NCBI RefSeq assembly: GCF_963921235.1
Contig: NC_086097.1
Coordinates: 181,414,001-181,478,000 of the forward strand
Direction: 5' to 3'
Length of the DNA stretch: 64,000 bases
Source of the DNA: Mobula hypostoma
Taxonomy: Eukaryota
Each line of letters begins with the position of its first letter. Positions within the stretch are counted from its first letter, which is position 1. Below are positions 27,240 to 40,737 of the stretch, piece by piece. A model generated the notes under the pieces. That model was not told the origin of the DNA and made no database searches. It was given only the letters and a program-made list of their open reading frames with translations. Made by a program: the position numbers and the translations under genes.

Positions 27240-27408
27240 TTGAACAGAGAGGGAGGCAAAAGAGGTGGTGGTGTGGCATTGCTAATTAGGGATAGTGTCA
27301 CGGCTGCAGAAAAGGTGAAAGTCATGGTGGGATGGTACGGAGTCAGTGTAGGTGGAAGTCAGAAACAGGAGAGGGGCAATAACTCTGGGTGTTTTTTACA
27401 GACCCCCC

Positions 27409-27457
<49 letters not shown>

Positions 27458-30400
27458 CAAATAGTAACAGGGATATCGAGGAGCAGTTAGGGAGGCAGAG
27501 TCTGGATCACTGCAATAATAATAGGATTGTTGTGATGGGAGATTTTAACTTTCCTGATATTGATTGGCATCTCCTAACCAAGGGGTTTAGATGAGGTGGA
27601 GTTTGTTAGGTGCGTTCAGGAAGGTTTCCTGATGCAATATGTAGATAAGCCAACTAGAGGTCAGGCTGTACTTGATCTGGTATAGGGAAATGAACCTGGT
27701 CAGGTGTCAGATCTCTTGGTGGGAGAGCATTTTGGAGATGGTGACCACAATTCTTTCTCCTTCACCATAGTGCTGGAGAGGGATAGGAGCAGATAATTTA
27801 GGAAAACATTTAATTGGGGTAGCGGGAGATTGGCTATTGGGCAGAAACTTGGGACCATAAATTGGGAGCAGATGTTCTCAGGGAAATACACAGCAGAAGT
27901 GTGGCAAATGTTCAGAGAACATTTGCATGGAGTTCTGCATAGCTATGTTCCATCGAGGCAGGGAAAGGATGGTAGAGTTAAAGAACCATGGTGTACAACG
28001 TATGTAGAAGCGCAAACATGAGGAAATCGGCAGATGCTGGAAATTCAAGCAACACACACAAAAAATGCTGATGAACGCAGCAGGCCAGGCAGCATCTATA
28101 GGAAGAGGTACAGTCGATGTTTCGGGCCGAGACCCTTCGTTAGGACTAACTGAAAGAAGAGATAGTAAGACATTTGAAAGTGGGAGGGGGAGATCCGAAA
28201 TGATAGGAGAAGACAGGAGGGGGAGGGATGGAGCTAAGAGCTGGAAAGTTGATTGGCAAAAGGGATACGAGGCTGGAGAAGGGAGAGGATCATGGGATGG
28301 GAGGCCTAGGGAGAAATAAAGGGATAAGGGGGGAAAGACCAAGAGGATGGGCAAGGAGTTATAGTGAGAAGGACAGAGGGAGAAAAAAGAGAAGGGGAAA
28401 AGGGGGAAAGAAGAATAAATAAATAAATATATAAGGGATGGGGTACGAAGGAGAGGTGGGCCATTAATGGAAGTTAGAGAAGTCAGTGTTCATGCCATCA
28501 GGTTGGAGGCTACCCAGACGGAACATAAGGTGGTGTTCCTCCAACCTGAGTGTGGCTTCATCTTGACAGTAGAGGAGGCCGTGGATAGACATATCAGAAT
28601 GGGAATAGGACGTGGAATTAAAATTTGTGGCTTCTGGGAGATCCTGCTCTCTCTGGCGGACAGAGCGTAGGTGTTCGGTGAAACGGTCTCTTAGCCTGTG
28701 TCGGGTCTTGCCAATATATAGAAGGTCGCATTGGGAGCACCGGGCACAGTATGTCACCCCAGCCAACTCACAGGTGAAGTGTTGCCTCACCTGGAAGGAC
28801 TGTCTGGGGCCCAGAATGGTGGTGAGGGAGGAAGTGTCAGGGCATGTGTAGCATTTGTTCCACTTACAAGGATAAGTGCCGGGAGGGAGATCAGTGGGAA
28901 GGAATGGGGGGCCGAATGGACAAGGGAGTCGCGTAGGGAGTGTTCCCTGTGGAAAGCAGAAAGCGGGGAGGAGGGAAAGATGTGCTTGGTGGTGCGATCC
29001 TGTTGGAGGTGGCAGATGTTACGGAGAATTATATGTTGGACCCGGAGGCTGGTGGGGTGGTAGGTGAGGACAAGGGAACCCCATTCCTAGTGGGGTGGCG
29101 GGAGGATAGGGTGAGAGCAGATGTGCGTGAAATGGGAGAAATGTGTTTGAGGGCAGAGTTGATGGTGGAGGAAGGGAAGCCCCTTTCTCTAATAAAGAGG
29201 ACATCTCCTTTATCCTGGAATGAAAAGCCTCATCCTGAGATCAGATGCAGCGGAGACAGAGGAATTGCGAGAAGAGGATGACATTTTTGCAAGAGACAGG
29301 GTGGGAAGAGGAATAGTCCAGGTAGCTGTGAGAGTCCATAGGCTTATAGTAGACATCCGTAGATAAGCTGTCTTCAGAGATGGAGACAGAAAGATCAAGA
29401 AAGGGGAGGGAGGTGTCAGAAATGAATCAGGTAAACTTGAGGGCAGGGTGAAAGTTGGAGGCAAAGGTAATGAAGTCAACAAGCTCAGCATGCGTGCAGG
29501 AAGTAGTGCCAATGCCATCGTCGATGTAGCGAAGGAAAAGTGGGGGACAGATACCAGTATAGGTTTGGAATGTGGATTGTTCCACAAAGCCAACAAAAAG
29601 GCGGGCATAGCTGGGACCCATACCAGTGCCCATGGCTACACCTTTAGTTTGGAGGAAGTGGGAGGAGCCAAAGGGAGAAATTATTAAGAGTAAGGACTAA
29701 TTCCGCTAGACGGAGGAGAGTGGTGATCGAGGGGAACTGGTTAGGTCTGGAATCCAAAAAGAAGCAGAGAGTTTTGAGACCTTCCTGGTGGGGGATGGAA
29801 GTATATAGGGACTGGACATCCATGGTGAAAATAAAGCAGTGGGGGCCAGGGAACTTAAATTCATTGAGAAAATTCAGAGCGTGAGAAGTGTCACGAACAT
29901 AGGTAGGAAGGGATTGAACAAGGGGGGATAAAACAGTGCCGAGGTATGCAGAAATGAGTTTGGTGGGGCAGGAGCAAGCTGAGACAATGGGTCCACCTGG
30001 ACAGGCATGGGAGATCCCCTGAGCTGATAAAGTTGGTGATGGTGTGGGAGACAATGGCCTAGTGCTGCTCAGTGGGGTCGTGATTGAGGGGTAAATAAGT
30101 GGAGGTATCCATGAGTTGTCACTGTGCCTCGGAAAGGTAGAGGTCAGTACACCAGACTACAACAGCACCCCCCTTATCGGCGGGTTTTATAGTAAGGTTA
30201 GGATTAGTTTGGAGGGAGTGGAGAGCAGAGTGTTTGGAAGGAGTGAGGTTGGAATGGGAACAAGGTGTGTGAAGTCGAGACAGTTGATATCCCGTTGGCA
30301 GTTAGCAATAAAGAGATCCAGAGCGGGGCCTCCATGAAGAGGAGGAGGGTTGATGACGGGAGAAAGGGTCATTGGTGGGGGTGGGAGAGTCCTTGCCGAA

Positions 30401-32118
30401 GAAGTAGGCTCGAAGACGGAGCCAGCAGAAGAGCTCAGTGTCATGGCGAACGTGGAACTCACTGAGGTGTGGGTGAAGGGGGACAAAAGTAAGCCCTTAC
30501 TGAGGACAGAGTGCTATGTAGAAGATCCAGTTAAGAAGAAAAGAAAAGGTTACGAATGGTTCAAGAAACTGGGTACTGTTGGAGCTGTAGAAAATTACAA
30601 AGTTGCTAGGAAGGAGTTTAAGAATGGAATTAGGAGAGCCAGAAGGTGCTATGAGAAGGCCTTGGTGAGCAGGATTAAGGAAAACCCCAAGGCATTCTAT
30701 GAGTATGTGAAGAGCAAGAGGATGAGCTGTGTGAGAACAGGATCAATCAGATGTGATAGTGGAAACGTGTGCATGTGGTCAGAGGAGGTATCAAGGTACT
30801 TAATGAATACTTCGCTTCAGTATTCACCAGGGTTAAAGACCTTGACAATTATGGGAATGATTTACAGCAGACTGAAACGCTTGAGCATATAGACATTAAG
30901 AAAGAGGATGTGCTGGAGCTTTTGAAAAGCATTAAGTTAGATAAGTCACCGGGACTGGATGAGATGTAGCCCAGGCTACTGTGGGAAGCGAGGTAGGAGA
31001 TTGCTGAGCCTCTTGTGATGATCTTTACATCGTCAATAAGGACGGGAGAAGACCACAGGATTGGAGGGTTGCAAATGTTGTTCCCTTGTCCAAGAAAAGC
31101 AGTAGAGATAACCTGGGAAATGATAGACCGGTAAGGATATAACAAAACACATTGATGAAAGTAGAGCAGTGGATGTAGTGTGTCTGGATTTTAGTAAGGC
31201 ATTTGATAAGGTTCCCCAAGCAAGGCTCCTTCAGAAAGTAAGGAGGTATGGGATCCAAGGATACCTTGCTTTGTGGATCCAGAATTGGCTTGCCCACAGA
31301 AGGCAAAGAGTGGTTGTAGATGGTTCGTATTCTGCATGGATGTCAGTGACCAGTGGTGTTTCGCAGGGATCTGTTCTGGGATCCCCTCCTCTTTGTGATT
31401 TTTATAAATGACCTGGATGAAGAAAAAGAAGAGTTTGCTGATGACACAAAGGTTAGGGGTGTCGTGGGTAGTCTGGAGGCTTGTCAGAGGTTACAGTGGG
31501 ACATTGATAGGATGCAGAACTGGGCCAAAAAGTGTGAAGTGATTCATTTTGGTGGTCCAATTTGAAGACAGAATATAATATAAATGGTAAGACTCTTGGC
31601 AGACCCCACTTGGACTACTGAGTTTAGTTCTGGTCACCTCACTACAGGAAGGATGTGGATGCCATAGAGGGATTGCAGAGGAGATTTACAAGGATGTTGC
31701 CTGGATTGGTGGGTGTACCTTATGAGAACAGGTTGAGAGTACTTGCCTTTTCCCCTTGGAGTGGTGCCTGATAGAGGTGTATAAGATGATGTGGGGCATT
31801 GATCATGTGGGTAACCAGAGGCTTTTTCCCGATGCTGAAATGGCTAACACGAGGGGGCATATTTTAAGGTGCTTGGAAATAAGTACAGAGGGGATATCAG
31901 GGGTAAGTGTTTCACACAGAGTGGTGTGTGTGTGGAATGGATTGCCGATGGCGCTGGTGGAAGCGGATGCAATGGGGTCTTTTAAGATCCTGTTAGATTG
32001 GAAAAATAGAGGGCTATGTGCTAGGGAAATTCTAGGCAATCTCTACAGTAGGTTAATGGTCAGCACTGCATTGTGAGCCAAAGGGCCGGTATGTGCTGTA
32101 AATGTCTCTGTTCTATGA
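27240..32118 (+). mobile_element. Decayed CR1 LINE ORF2, split by a Penelope insertion and containing a (CA)n microsatellite at ~27411-27456
   Basis: Endonuclease motifs (KRGGGVALLI, MGDFNFPDIDW) precede 28010. RT motifs ([16 protein letters not shown]) follow 30515. Confidence 0.85.
28011..30514 (-). mobile_element. Penelope-like element (Neptune-type) with RT, GIY-YIG and pLTR, decayed
   Basis: A 10-bp TSD tatgtagaag lies at 28001-28010 and 30515-30524. RT reads MGTGMGPSYA.LF...LRYIDDG, and GIY-YIG reads VTYCARCSQCDLLYIGKT. Confidence 0.9.
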
Positions 32119-33056
32119 ACCAGTCTTAACTTTCTTAGAAACGGCAAGTTTGATATCACAGTGTTGATGTGATATTTTTGAGGCAACACTTTTGTTGTAG
32201 TTCATAATAGTAGCTGAATATTTTTTGCTGGTCTTACAACATTCTCTTATCTAAATTCAAAATTGGTTGCATTAGCAACAGGGTCAAAAGGTAAAAATTC
32301 TTTTACTCATTATCATGGAAATCTGTTATCCAAGTGATTGAGTGGAATAATAGAATTATGAATTGAATAATTCAAAATTATATCAACATTATATAAAAGA
32401 AAATTGCAGCTGTGCAGCAACAAAGGTTATGTGCGCGGGAGCATTTCAGTAATGGTTGGCTGCAGACCCATGCATATTAGAGGGAACAATGGCTCTTTTG
32501 GAGGGATAGTCTTGAAGGAGCTCTGCAGTTGGAAATACAGTCCTGAGGGAGCTCCATTGTGGGAGGAACAATCCTGAGTGAGTTCCATTGAAAGAGGGCC
32601 ATCCCTGAGGGAATTTCACTGCTAGAGGGCCATCCCTGAGGGAGCTCTGTACTGTTGGAGAAGCTGTGAGGGATTACCATTTTATTGTGTCAGTGTAAGT
32701 AAGGAAGAAATGTTATAAGTAGGCTCCCACGGTTCTCTCTTTCTACCACTTTCTAAGGCATTGATTGGACCACATGTAGAGTATTATGAGCAGTTTGGGG
32801 CTCCATATTTAAGAAAAGATGTCCTGGTGTTGGAGAGTGTCCAGAGGAGAGAATGATCCTGGATGTGAAAGGGTTACATATGAGTAGCTCTGGTCCAGTA
32901 CTCACTGGAGTTTAGAGGAGTTAGGGAGGGTCTCATTGAAACCTACCAAATACTAAAGGTCTAGATACAGTAGACATTCAGAGGATGTTTCCAGTAGTAA
33001 AAGAGTCTAGGACCAGAGGGCACAGTTTCAGAATAGGACATCCCTTTAGAACTGAT

Positions 33057-33285
33057 GTGTGTGGGTTCAGGATGTGCCGTGATCCCAATGTGTGTTAATT
33101 CTTGATGTGCCGTGATGCCCATTGTGTGAGTCCAGTCTTTGCCATGATTCCTGCTGTGTGTGGGTCCAGGATATGTTGTGATTCCCAGTGTGTGGATTCA
33201 GGATGTGCCTTGATTCTCCGTGTGTGTGAGTCTAGGATATGCTGTGATTCCTGGTGTGTGTTCAGCATGTGCCAGGATTCCACTG
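33057..33285. repeat. Degenerate minisatellite, ~32-34 bp unit, ~7 copies
   Basis: Repeated gtgtgtgggt(t/c)caggat(g/a)tgc.gtgattccca.t units. Confidence 0.8.
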
Positions 33286-34713
33286 TATACACAGGAGACT
33301 GCAGATGCTGGAATATGGAGCAAAGCAAGGAGCTGCTGGAGAGACTCAGCAAGTCAAGCAGCATCTGTGGAGGGGATTGAATGAATGAATGAAAGAAATA
33401 TCTTTATTGTCATTGCGTAGTACAATTTGTCATGCACCAATACAGCGAAAATGAGTTTGCAACTCTCGTACTCGATGCTATAAAGCAACAAATAAAATAA
33501 ATAAACAATAAATAAAATCAAGTAATCAGCCAGTGCAAGCAATGACCTCTGGACCCAGAGTATTGACTTCATAGGTGCTGCCTGACCCACTGAGATCCTC
33601 CAGCAGCTCATTTCATAATTTACGTATTACTATTTAACTATGGTTTTATTACTATTTAATTATTTATGTTGCAACTGTAACGGAAACCAATTTCCCCCGG
33701 GATCAATAAAGTATGACGACGACGACAGTCCCTGGATTCAGAATGCTGCAGATTCCTGGTCGTGCTAGGTTCCGGTATCCCCACATCCAAGATGCTCTGG
33801 GTGCTTGATGTTGCTGGGTCCAGCTATTGTGACTTGTGATGTGGTGCTGAACTCTAGTGGCAAGGTGCCTCATTCTCGGTCGGACTTCTGAACGCAAAGT
33901 TTGATGCCAAGTGATTAGGCAGCACAGAGCTCCTGCAGTGGTTCTTCCAGCCACCAGGTGGGGGCCCAGCTCCACCAGCTGTGCTGTGTACAACTGGAGT
34001 TGGAAATGGTAAATTGCTTTATTATTGTCACATGTACCAAGGCACAGTGATAAACTTCTCTTGCATGCTGTTCATATAGATCAAATCATTACGAAGTACA
34101 TTGCGGATAGTAAAAGGGAACACAATAACAGTGCAGGATAAAGTGTTAGTTACAGAGAAAGTGCAATGCAGGTAAATGATAAGGTACAAGATCATAATAA
34201 GGCAGATTGTGAGGTCGATTCCATTTCATTGTACTAGAGGACCTTTAAATAGTGCAAATAGAAGCTGTCCTTGAGCCTGGTGCTATGTGCTTACAGGCTT
34301 TTTTTAAAATCTTCTGCTTGAAAGAAGAAAGGAGAAGAGACAATGTTTGAGATAGATTTTGTGTGTGTTGCTTGGATTTCCAGCATCTGCAGATTTTCTC
34401 TTGTTTGAGATGGATGGCATCTTTGATTATACTGGCTGTTTTACTTAGGCAGCGAGAAGTGTAGACAAAATATATGGAGGGGAGGCTGATTTCTGTGAGG
34501 TGCTGAGCTGTGTCCACACCTCTCTGCAGTTTCTTGCAGTCAGCTTTAATAATGCTGCTTAGTTAAGCAGATGGATCTTAGTGCAAAGAGAATGGAAACA
34601 TTCCTGGTGAAAATCTAGACATGGCTAGGTACAGTGACACAGACACTTGGGAAGGCCAGTGTTCCAACAGGAGGAGGCTATTCAGCTCTTTGAGGCTGCC
34701 CTGCCACTCTCTA

Positions 34714-35226
34714 TTGAGGGAGTGTCACACTGAGGAAGGGGTGGTCCTGAGGGAGTGTCACACTGTGGGAGGGACAGTACTGAGGGAGTGTCACATTATG
34801 GGAGGGCAGTACTGAAGGAGTGTCACACTATGGGAGGGATAGTACTGAGATAAAATAACACTGAGGGAGAGTCATACTGGGAGTGACATTACTGAGGGAG
34901 AGTTACACTTGGAGGGACAGTACTGAGGGTGAATCACTGTGGGAGGGGCAGTACTGAGGGAGTGACACACTGGGAGGGACGGTACTGAGGGAGTGCCACA
35001 CTGTGGGAGGGACAGTACTGAGGGAGAGTTACTGTGAGAGGGGCGGTACTGAGGGAGAGTCGCTCTGTGGGAGGGGTGGATTGAGGGAGAATCACACGGT
35101 GGGAGGGGCACCACTGAGGGAAAGTCACACTGGGAGGTGCAGTACTGAGGGAATATCACACTGTTGGAGGAGTGGTACTGAGGGAGTGTCACTGTGAGAG
35201 GGGCAGTACTGAGTGAGTGTCACAGC
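34714..35226. repeat. Minisatellite, ~33 bp unit gtactgagggagtgtcacactgtgggagggaca, ~15 copies
   Basis: The tandem units are directly visible. Related decayed arrays lie near 26660-26780, 32480-32670, 20070-20140 and 39940-40070. Confidence 0.9.
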
Positions 35227-37207
35227 ACCCAACATGGAATCAGGGGTCTTTAACTTTGATTGTAATCCGCGTGTGAGAGGCAGAATGGCCTTTGCTGTCC
35301 CTGACTTGGATCTTGTCATATTTTGGAACCAGATTCCTACATTGCAGCAAGGGACTTGAGATCTCTCTGTGTACTGAACAGTGTAAGTTAGCTGGGAGTG
35401 TGTGATGTCCCATGTACGTAGCTGCTGAGGCTCAGGTGGACTTATTTCCTCACCTGCAGCCCCTCCTGTGGGTCCACGAGTCTACAGTCTAATGTTGCCT
35501 GTTGGTTGGGCTGGTTGTTGTTAGAGTCAGTGCTGTTTACATGAGAGTGCAGTCTGGGATGGTAGAGAGAGAATAATTTTTGGGGGAACTGGCTGTCACA
35601 TAGGAGAGGTTTCCCACCACCTCCCGCTTGGTCCTTTATTTAGTAAACAGGCAATGACAGATAGCTGAGGCTGAACCGATAGTATCTTGAGCTGGGTTTC
35701 AACCTGAGGCTAGTTGCAAAAGCCATAGCTGATGGCAAAGATAATGACGGTGAGGGATCAGGGCACAGAGCTGCACATTTGTAAAGGATAGCAATCAACA
35801 CTATAGCTTTCATTTGGAGGCCATTCAGTCCAGCAGACTGCTTACTATCTGCTCACTTCACTGATGCAACTCAATTACTTTAATGTTAGGGAGTCATACC
35901 ACACAGAAACAGACCCTTCAGATCAACTGGTCCAAGCTCATATCCCTCCAAACTGTTCCTATCCATGTATTTGCCCAAATTCCTTTTAAATATTGTTAAT
36001 ATACCTGCCTCAACCACTTCGTTTGGCAGCATATGAGAGAAAATTTAGTAGAAGTATACAAAATTGTAAGGAATATATATAGATAGGGTAAATGCAAGCA
36101 GTTTTTTATTCCATTGAGGTTGGATGAGACTAGAAGTAGACGTCATGGGTTAAGGATGAAAGCTGAAATATTTAAGGAACCTGAGGGGAAACTTCTTTAC
36201 TCGGGGGTGGGGGGGAGGCGGGGTGAGAATGTGGAATGAGTTGCCAGTGGAAGTGGGGGATGCAGGTTTGATGGTCACATTTAAGAGAAGTTTAGATAAG
36301 TACATGGATGGAAGTGGTATGGAGAGCTGTGGTCCAGGTGTCGGTCAATGGGGCTGGGCAGAGTCAGTTTGGCATGGACCAGATACACTGAAGGGCCTGA
36401 TTCTGTGCTATAGTGCACTATGACTGACTCGTTTCTTGTACTAACCACCCTCTGAGTGAAAAGGTTGCTCCCCCTGGTTCCTATTAAATCTCTCTACTCT
36501 CTCCTTAAACCAGTGCACTGTTCTTGATTCTCCAACACCAAGAAAAAGACGTTCACCCCATCCATGTCCCTCTTGATTTTATACACCTCCTAGATCATCG
36601 TTCATTAGAACGTAGAATATCGAAATTTACAGCACATTACAGACCCTTCGGCCCACAATATTGTGCCAATCATGTAACCTACTCTAGAAACTGCCTAGAA
36701 TTTCCCTACTGCATATCCATCCATTTTTTCTAAGCTCCATGTACCTATCTGAGTCTCTTAAAATACCCTATTGTATCCACTTCTACCACCATCATTGGCA
36801 GTGCATTCCATGCACCCACCACTCTGTATAAAAAAAAGAGCAACACTTATCTTTGGCATCCCCCTTGTACCTTCTTCCAAGCATCTTAAAACCATGCCCT
36901 CTTATGTCAGTCATTTCAGCCCTGGGAAAAAGCCTCTGGCTATCCACATGATCAATCCCTCTCTTCATCTCATATACCTCTGTCAGGTCACCTCTCATAA
37001 TCATCATTCATTCTTCTTCATTCCAATAAATAAAGGCATAGCCTGCTCAATCTCTATAATTCAGTTCCTTGAGCCCTGGCAACATCCTTGTAAGTCTCTG
37101 CACTTTTTCCAGCCCAGTGGCAGGGTGAGCAAAACCGAATGCAATATTCCAAATGCAACCTCACCAATGTCCTGTACAACTGCAACAGAACATCCTAACT
37201 TCTATAC

Positions 37208-38301
37208 CAGGGGTCCCCAACCTTTTTCACACTGCGGACCGGTTTCATGTTGACAGTATTCTTGCAGACCGGCCGACCCGGTGGGGGGGGGGGGGCGGGG
37301 GGGAGGGGGGGAGACTAAAATGACCATGAAGCCTTGCGCGGGCACCAGTGCGCATTCGTGTATGTGCTGCTTTTTCTCTACAAATCGTTTTTGGCGATTC
37401 AGTTTGGAGGGGGGAGTGTTAATCAGGAACGCAATATAAGTGATAAGTGGCTAATACACTTAATTTCGTTTCTAAAAGAGTTTATCTAACAAATTTAATA
37501 TTAAACACACAGCGCATATTTTCCTCGCATGAATATAACGATAAGTCAATTATCAGGGGAGCTTGAAATAAGTGTTGAACGAACTTCCAGTAGAAGTGGT
37601 AGAGGCAGGTTCGGTATTATCATTTAAAGAAAAATTGGATAGGTATATGGACAGGAAAGGAATGGAGGGTTATGGGCTGAGTGCAGGTCGGTGGGACTAG
37701 GTGAGAGTAGCGTTCGGCATGGACTCGAAGGGCAGAGATCGCCTGTTTCCGTGCTGTAATTGTTATATGTTATATAAGTCAATAGCATCATAACATTTTA
37801 AGTAACGTTTGGATATTAAACACACAGCACATACTTTCCCCGTATGAACATATAAAATAATTGCAACACACCAATATCGCTGAATCAGTGGGAGCCCTGG
37901 GCTTGTTTTCCTGCAACAAGACGATGCCATCGAGGGGTGATGGGAGACAGCGATACTCGAAGGAGGTTCCTTATGTCCAGTCTATTCCACAATTTAATTT
38001 TTGTTGCATTCATTGCAGAGATATGTTGGAAATGGAAGCAACATTTTCAGTGCTTTCGTGGCTATCTCAGGATACTTAGCCTTGACTTTGATCCAGAATG
38101 CTGGCAGAGATGTTATGTCAAACATGCTTTTCAGCCCGTCGTCATTTGCAAGCTCGAGGAGTTGATCTCCTTCCCACGCTGCCATGGATGATGCGTGCAT
38201 TCAAGCTCAACAGTGGGCGTGACAGGGAATGAGGAAGGCGCAGCTGACTCCTATCGCAAAATCATATCGTTTGCTCGCGGCCTGGTGGTTGGGGACCGCT
38301 G
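37208..38301 (-). mobile_element. Non-autonomous hAT (Charlie-like) transposon with transposase C-terminal remnant and nested CR1 tail
   Basis: TIRs are caggggtccccaacc and ggttggggaccgctg, with a perfect 8-bp TSD ttctatac (37200-37207, 38302-38309). The minus strand reads SLPAFWIKVKAKYPEIATKALKMLLPFPTYLC (hAT dimerisation domain). Confidence 0.9.
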
Positions 38302-38469
38302 TTCTATACTCAGTATTCTTCCTATCACTGAATTTCACTTCAATAACACCCTTCATTAATACCAGTCTGATGGTGTGGCCAGTAACCTTCTCCAACAACA
38401 CTCAGGAGCTTTTCTTACACTCTCCTTCCAACAGAGTAGTGTTCCTCCATAATACTACTCCTAAGTCCT

Positions 38470-39918
38470 CGTTGTCCACGGGAATGGTACCGGAGGATTG
38501 GAGGGAGGCAAATGTTGTCCCCTTGTTCAAAAAAGGTAGTAGGGATAGTCCGGTTAATTATAGACCAGTGAGTCTTACATCTGTGGTGGGAAAGCTGTTG
38601 GAAAAGATTCTTAGAGATAGGATTGATAGGCATTTAGAGAATCATGGTCTGATCAGGGACAGTCAGCATGGCTTTGTGAAGGGCAGATCGTGTCTAACAA
38701 GCCTGATAGAGTTCTTTGAGGAGGTGACCAGGCATATAGATGAGGGTAGTGCAGTGGATGTGATCTATATAGATTTTAGTAAGGCATTTGACAAGGTTCC
38801 ACATGGTAGGCTTATTCAGAAAGTTAGAAGGCATGGGATCCAGGGAAGTTTGGCCAGGTGGATTCAGAATTGGCTTGCCTGCAGAAGGCAGAGGGTGGTG
38901 GTGGAGGGAGTACATTCAGATTGGAGGATTGTGACTAGTGGTGTCCCACAAGGATCTGTTCTGGGACCTCTACTTCTCGTGATTTTTATTAACGACCTGG
39001 ATGTTGGGGTAGAAGGGTGGGTTGGCAAGTTTGCAGACGACACAAAGGTTGGTGGTGTTGTAGATAGTGTAGAGGATTGTCAAAGATTGCAGAGAGACAT
39101 TTGATAGGATGCAGAAGTGGGCTGAGAAGTGGCAGATGGAGTTCAACCCAGAGAAGTGTGAGGTGGTACACTTTGGAAGGACAAACTCCAAGGCAGAGTA
39201 CAAAGTAAATGGCAGGATACTTGGTAGTGTGGAGGAGCAGAGAGATTTTGAGGTGCATGTCCACAGATCACTGAAAGTTGCCTCACAGGTGGATAGGGTA
39301 GTTAAGAAAGCTTATGGGGTGTTAGCTTTCATAAGTCGAGGGATAGAGTTTAAGAGTTGCGATGTAATGATGCAGCTCTATAAAACTCTGGTTAGGTCAC
39401 ACTTGGAGTGCTGTGTCCAGTTCTGGTCACCTCACTATAGGAAGGATTGGAAGCATTGGAAAGGGTACAGAGGAGATTTACCAGGATGCTGCCTGGTTTA
39501 GAAAATATGCATTATCATCAGAGATTAAGGGAGCTAGGGCTTTGCTCTTTGGAGAGAAGGAGGATGAGAGGAGACGTGATAGCTGTGTACAAGATATTAA
39601 GAGGAATAGATAGAGTGGATAGCCAGCGCCTCTTCCCCAGGGCACCACTGCTCAATACAAGAGGACATGGCTTTAAGGTAAGGGGTGGGAAGTTCAAGGG
39701 GGATATTAGAGGAAGGTTTTTTACTCAGAGAGTGGTTGGTGCGTGGAATGCACTGCCTGAGTCAGTGGTGGAGGCAGATAGACTAGTGAAGTTTAAGAGA
39801 CTACTAGACAGGTATATGGAGGAATTTAAGGTGGGGGCTTATATGGGAGGCAGGGTTTGAGGGTCGGCACAACATTGTGGGCTGAAGGGCCTGTACTGTG
39901 CTGTACTATTCTATGTTC
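38470..39918 (+). mobile_element. Young 5'-truncated CR1 LINE (RT to 3' end)
   Basis: Long open frame [17 protein letters not shown]...QHGF...[11 protein letters not shown]...[10 protein letters not shown]...FADDTK with few lesions. Confidence 0.92.
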
Positions 39919-40214
39919 TGAAGGTGGTGTTCCTTGGGACTTCCCCTCCAACAAAGCAGCACTCCATGGATATTGGACATCGGTACACATTGCCTCAGCT
40001 CTATCCCTCCAGTAGGATGGTGGTCCCTGAACTGCCCCTCCAACAGCACAGCACTCCCTCGGCATTGCCCTCTGTTTCCTGCTTCTCACATGGGGGACAG
40101 CAAGAGCTTTCCCACCTCTTTGAAGCAAGCTGTTCCATGTTCTATGGTTCACCAATCCATCAACAACATTAAATCTCTTGATGAAAATCTAAATCACAGC
40201 ACATGCTTGACTGT

Positions 40215-40737
40215 ACTTGGAGTATTGTGTTCCATTCTGATCACCTTACTATAAGAAGGATTGGTGCAGAGTAGATTCACTAGGATGCTGCCTGAATTAG
40301 AGAGCACATCTTATGCGAATAAGTTGAACAAGCTAGGGCTTTTCTCTTTGGAGTGAAGGAGGATGAGATATGACTGGATAGGGGCATATAAGATGATAAG
40401 AAGCATTGATAGAGTGGACAGCCAGTGCCTTTTTCCCAGAATGGAAATGGCTAATACAAGGGGGTATAATTTTAAACTGATTGGAGGAAAGTACAAGGGG
40501 GATGTCAGAGGCAGGTCTTTTACACAGAGAATAGTGGGTGTGGGGAACACTCCGAGGTGGTGCCAGATGTCAGTACGTGAGGGACATTTAAGAGACTCTT
40601 AGATAGGCACATGGATAAAAGGAAAATGTTGGGTGATCTGAGAGGGAAAGGTTAGATGGATCTTGGAGTAGATTAAAAGGTCAGCACAACATTATGTGTC
40701 AAAGGGCTTGTATTGTGCTCTGCTGTTCTATGTACTA
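40215..40737 (+). mobile_element. CR1 3' fragment
   Basis: AYKMIRSIDRVDSQCLFPR...TRG followed by a CR1 3' UTR. Confidence 0.75.

Noticed and set aside
34714..35226. Repeat array as CRISPR or as a coding repeat protein
   Set aside because: It is a simple degenerate minisatellite with indels that break the frame, and it has no spacers.
38229..39104. 291-aa ORF with hydrophobic N-terminus as a host membrane protein
   Set aside because: It is a chance read-through from an hAT end and flanking DNA into a CR1 RT fragment.
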